Below, one piece after another: positions 61,624-64,000 of a stretch of 64,000 nucleotides of DNA (the stretch's first letter is position 1; the number at the start of each line of letters is the position of its first letter). A program made the position numbers and the translations under genes. The notes under the pieces were generated by a model. That model did not search any database, was not told where the DNA came from, and saw only the letters and a program-made list of their open reading frames with translations. The stretch comes from Gemmatimonadota bacterium (GTDB lineage: Bacteria > Gemmatimonadota > Gemmatimonadetes > Gemmatimonadales > GWC2-71-9), in assembly GCA_036679605.1 (NCBI GenBank), contig JAZDCZ010000347.1, positions 59,751 to 123,750 of the forward strand, written 5' to 3'.

Positions 61624-63261
61624 ATGCAGCAGCAGACCGCAACGTTTTCGACGCAAACGGAGGTCGATTTCGTCGTCATTGGTTCGGGTGCCGCCGGCGG
61701 CGTGATGGCCAAGGAACTCTCAACAGCCGGCTTCGATGTCGTGGTGCTCGAGCAGGGGCCATGGGCACGAGAGCCTCAGTTCAAACACGACGAACTGGAT
61801 CGGGGTTTGCCGAGACGCACTGGTGATCCGCACAGCGTGCGAGCGATGGAGGATGACGAGACCGAGGAGCGTGGATCGTTGTTCTATTTGGCGGTGGTCG
61901 GTGGGACTAGCGTCCATTTCACCGCGAACTACTGGCGGTTCCACGAGGTGGACTTCATCGAACAAAGCTTGCTCGGACCGATCTCCGGTACCGGCTTTGC
62001 AGACTGGCCAATCACCTACCAGGAACTCGAGCCGTATTACACCAAGGTCGATTGGGAGGTAGGCGTATCGGGTGCTCCAGGCCCTCACGACCCGCCGCGC
62101 TCGCGCCCATACCCAATGCCACCTCTTCCGGTGAAATCTTCAGGTGTGATCCTCGAGCGCGCAGCGGAGAAACTTGGATTGCACGCGTATCCTGCGCCTA
62201 TGGCAATACTCTCCAAGCCGCTCAACAACCGGATACCATGTCAGCATTGCGGTTTTTGTATGAGTTATGGCTGCGAGTTCGCAGCTAAATCTTCGAGCCT
62301 CGCCGCGATGATACCGCTAGCTCTGGCAACCGGCCGTTGCGAAATCCGTACTGAGTGCACGGTATACCGTATCGAGATCGACAACAATGGTCGCGCGCGT
62401 GAAGTGGTGTATTTCGACAAGGACGGTAACCTACACGCGCAACGCGCCAAGGCTGTCGTACTGTCGGCCAACGGCGCGGAGACGCCACGACTTCTCCTGA
62501 TGTCGGAGTCAAGTCGCTTTCCTAACGGTCTGGCCAACTCCAGCGGTAAGGTCGGCAAGTACCTCATGGGCAACGGCCAGGTCCATGCCTACGCTGTGTA
62601 CGAGCATCCGTTGAACGAGCACAAGAGTGTACAGGTCACGCGCGTGATACACGATCTCTACGACTCGGACCCGTCGCGCGGGTTTTATGGTGGCGGTGGA
62701 TTTGACGCCCGCTTCCAGTTTCAGCCAATTGGTTTCGCGCGCTCCGGCCTCCCTCCCGACGCTCCGCGATGGGGATCGGAGTACAAGCGCATGTTGGGCG
62801 AATATTTCAATTACACGATCGACGTCAACGGACACACCACCGAGATGCCGCTCGAGACAAACAACATTACGCTCGACCCAAACCTAAAGGACACGTTCGG
62901 GCGTCCTGGGATCCGTGTGACCGTCAAGCAGCATCCCGACGACCTGGCGGTCAAGCAATTCTTCCTCGATCGGTGCAAGGAGCTTGTTGAAGCTTCAGGA
63001 GCGCTACGAACGTGGAGTCGACCAGTGCGCGGAAAACGGGACGCGGGCGCGCATCTGTTGGGTACATGCCGCATGGGCAATGACCCGGCGGAATCGGTGG
63101 TCGATAGGTACCACCGAACGCACGACGTTCCCAATCTATTCTTGTGTGACGGCAGCAGCTTCGTGTCGTCGGGACGTGGCCAGCCTACAATGACTATCCA
63201 AGCGCTGGCATTCCGCGCAGCCGATCACATTATTCAGTTTGCGCACCGGGGGGAAATTTGA
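61624..63261 (+). CDS. GMC family oxidoreductase (flavoprotein)
   Basis: IGSGAAGG, VGGTSVHF, DWPITYQELEPYY, CQHCGFC...C, HLLGTCRMG, PTMTIQALA. Confidence 0.92.
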   Translation: MQQQTATFSTQTEVDFVVIGSGAAGGVMAKELSTAGFDVVVLEQGPWAREPQFKHDELDRGLPRRTGDPHSVRAMEDDETEERGSLFYLAVVGGTSVHFTANYWRFHEVDFIEQSLLGPISGTGFADWPITYQELEPYYTKVDWEVGVSGAPGPHDPPRSRPYPMPPLPVKSSGVILERAAEKLGLHAYPAPMAILSKPLNNRIPCQHCGFCMSYGCEFAAKSSSLAAMIPLALATGRCEIRTECTVYRIEIDNNGRAREVVYFDKDGNLHAQRAKAVVLSANGAETPRLLLMSESSRFPNGLANSSGKVGKYLMGNGQVHAYAVYEHPLNEHKSVQVTRVIHDLYDSDPSRGFYGGGGFDARFQFQPIGFARSGLPPDAPRWGSEYKRMLGEYFNYTIDVNGHTTEMPLETNNITLDPNLKDTFGRPGIRVTVKQHPDDLAVKQFFLDRCKELVEASGALRTWSRPVRGKRDAGAHLLGTCRMGNDPAESVVDRYHRTHDVPNLFLCDGSSFVSSGRGQPTMTIQALAFRAADHIIQFAHRGEI

Positions 63262-63273
63262 GCCACGAACGCA

Positions 63274-63854
63274 ATGACCGATCATAGCGCCGACCCTCGG
63301 AGGGCTCGCTCGCTCCCGCGCCGTGGCATCGATCTGCTCCAGGATCCCAGATTCAACAAAGGAACAGGGTTTACTGAAGCGGAGCGCGATGTCCTGAAAA
63401 TCCGTGGACTGGTCCCACCCGGATTCTTTGCCCAAGAAGAGCAACTAGCGCGGATCATGTCAACTTTCCGCCAGAAGAGGTCGTATTCGCCAGTGGCAGC
63501 CCGTTTGCTCCTGTGGAGCATGGCGGGCAAACGTTTGTGACCGGCCAGGGCAACAACGCCTACATCTTTCCCGGACTGGGCTTGGGCGTGGTAGCGTGTG
63601 GTGCCACGCGAGTTACCGACGAGATGTTTCTCGCGGCAGCCAACGCGCTGGCGAAGAGTGTATCGGCAGGCTCTCTGGCACAGGGGTCGATCTATCCGCC
63701 GCTGCGGGAGATCCGAGAGGTATCCGTCCAGATAGCAACAGCTGTGGCGCACATCGCCTACGAGTTAGAACTCGCAACTGAACCCAAGCAATCCGATCTC
63801 GATGCGCAGGTTCGGTCACACGTGTGGGAGCCGAACTATGAATCGTACGTGTGA
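63274..63854 (+). pseudogene. NAD(P)-dependent malic enzyme with large internal deletion
   Basis: N-terminal LLQDPRFNKGTGFTEAER..GLVPP joined near 63478 to C-terminal FASGSPF..GQGNNAYIFPGLGLG in another frame. Confidence 0.85.
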
Positions 63855-63888
63855 GATGGACGGTAGCGCTCTAGCGATAATGAGTTTG

Positions 63889-64000
63889 ATAGGGGTAGGG
63901 AGAACCGATTGGTTTCGGTCCCCCCTCCCTCCGAACCGGACGTGCGGTTCTACCGCATCCGGCTCTCCAGTTGGCGGTCTTACCCCTCAAGAGGATTGAC
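63889..64000 (-). mobile_element. Group II intron, 3' end (domains V and VI)
   Basis: Minus strand GAGAGCCGGATGCGGTAGAACCGCACGTCCGGTTCGGAGGGAGG...CTCCCTACCCCTAT: domain V with AGC triad, domain VI and AT terminus. Confidence 0.9.

Overview
GC-rich bacterial chromosome segment. The gene content (SARP/BTAD-AAA regulator, Big_2 lipoproteins, DUF5916/DUF1028, secreted amidohydrolases) suggests Gemmatimonadota or a similar lineage (inference). Left part (1-19 kb): 3' end of gltX, then a minus-strand respiratory nitrate reductase cluster (Rrf2 regulator, di-heme cytochrome c, narG-H-J-I, two narK) in which narG is frameshifted by a 31-bp tandem duplication, followed by hydrolase, transporter and acyl-CoA ligase genes. 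Middle (19.2-39.7 kb): an accessory region and the most interesting part. A membrane-anchored SARP-AAA regulator is followed by a modular array. The repeating unit is [3' end of the regulator gene] - [paired T(A/G)ACGCC heptamers, 11-bp period, SARP-box-like] - [conserved small ORF, RKSKFLESTLCTPLTVPDA] - [lipoprotein with Ig-like stalk and a different C-terminal head]. An SPFH operon, a GIY-YIG gene and an IS256 remnant are interspersed. A toxin-antitoxin hotspot follows (higBA, and a frameshifted NYN nuclease with a divergent promoter-hairpin-terminator sRNA). Right part (39.7-64 kb): aminotransferase/ALDH, fumC, a four-gene minor pilin cluster, diaminopropionate ammonia-lyase, hydrolases, a GMC oxidoreductase pair, an internally deleted malic enzyme gene and the 3' end of a group II intron. 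All calls come from reading the sequence; no searches were run.
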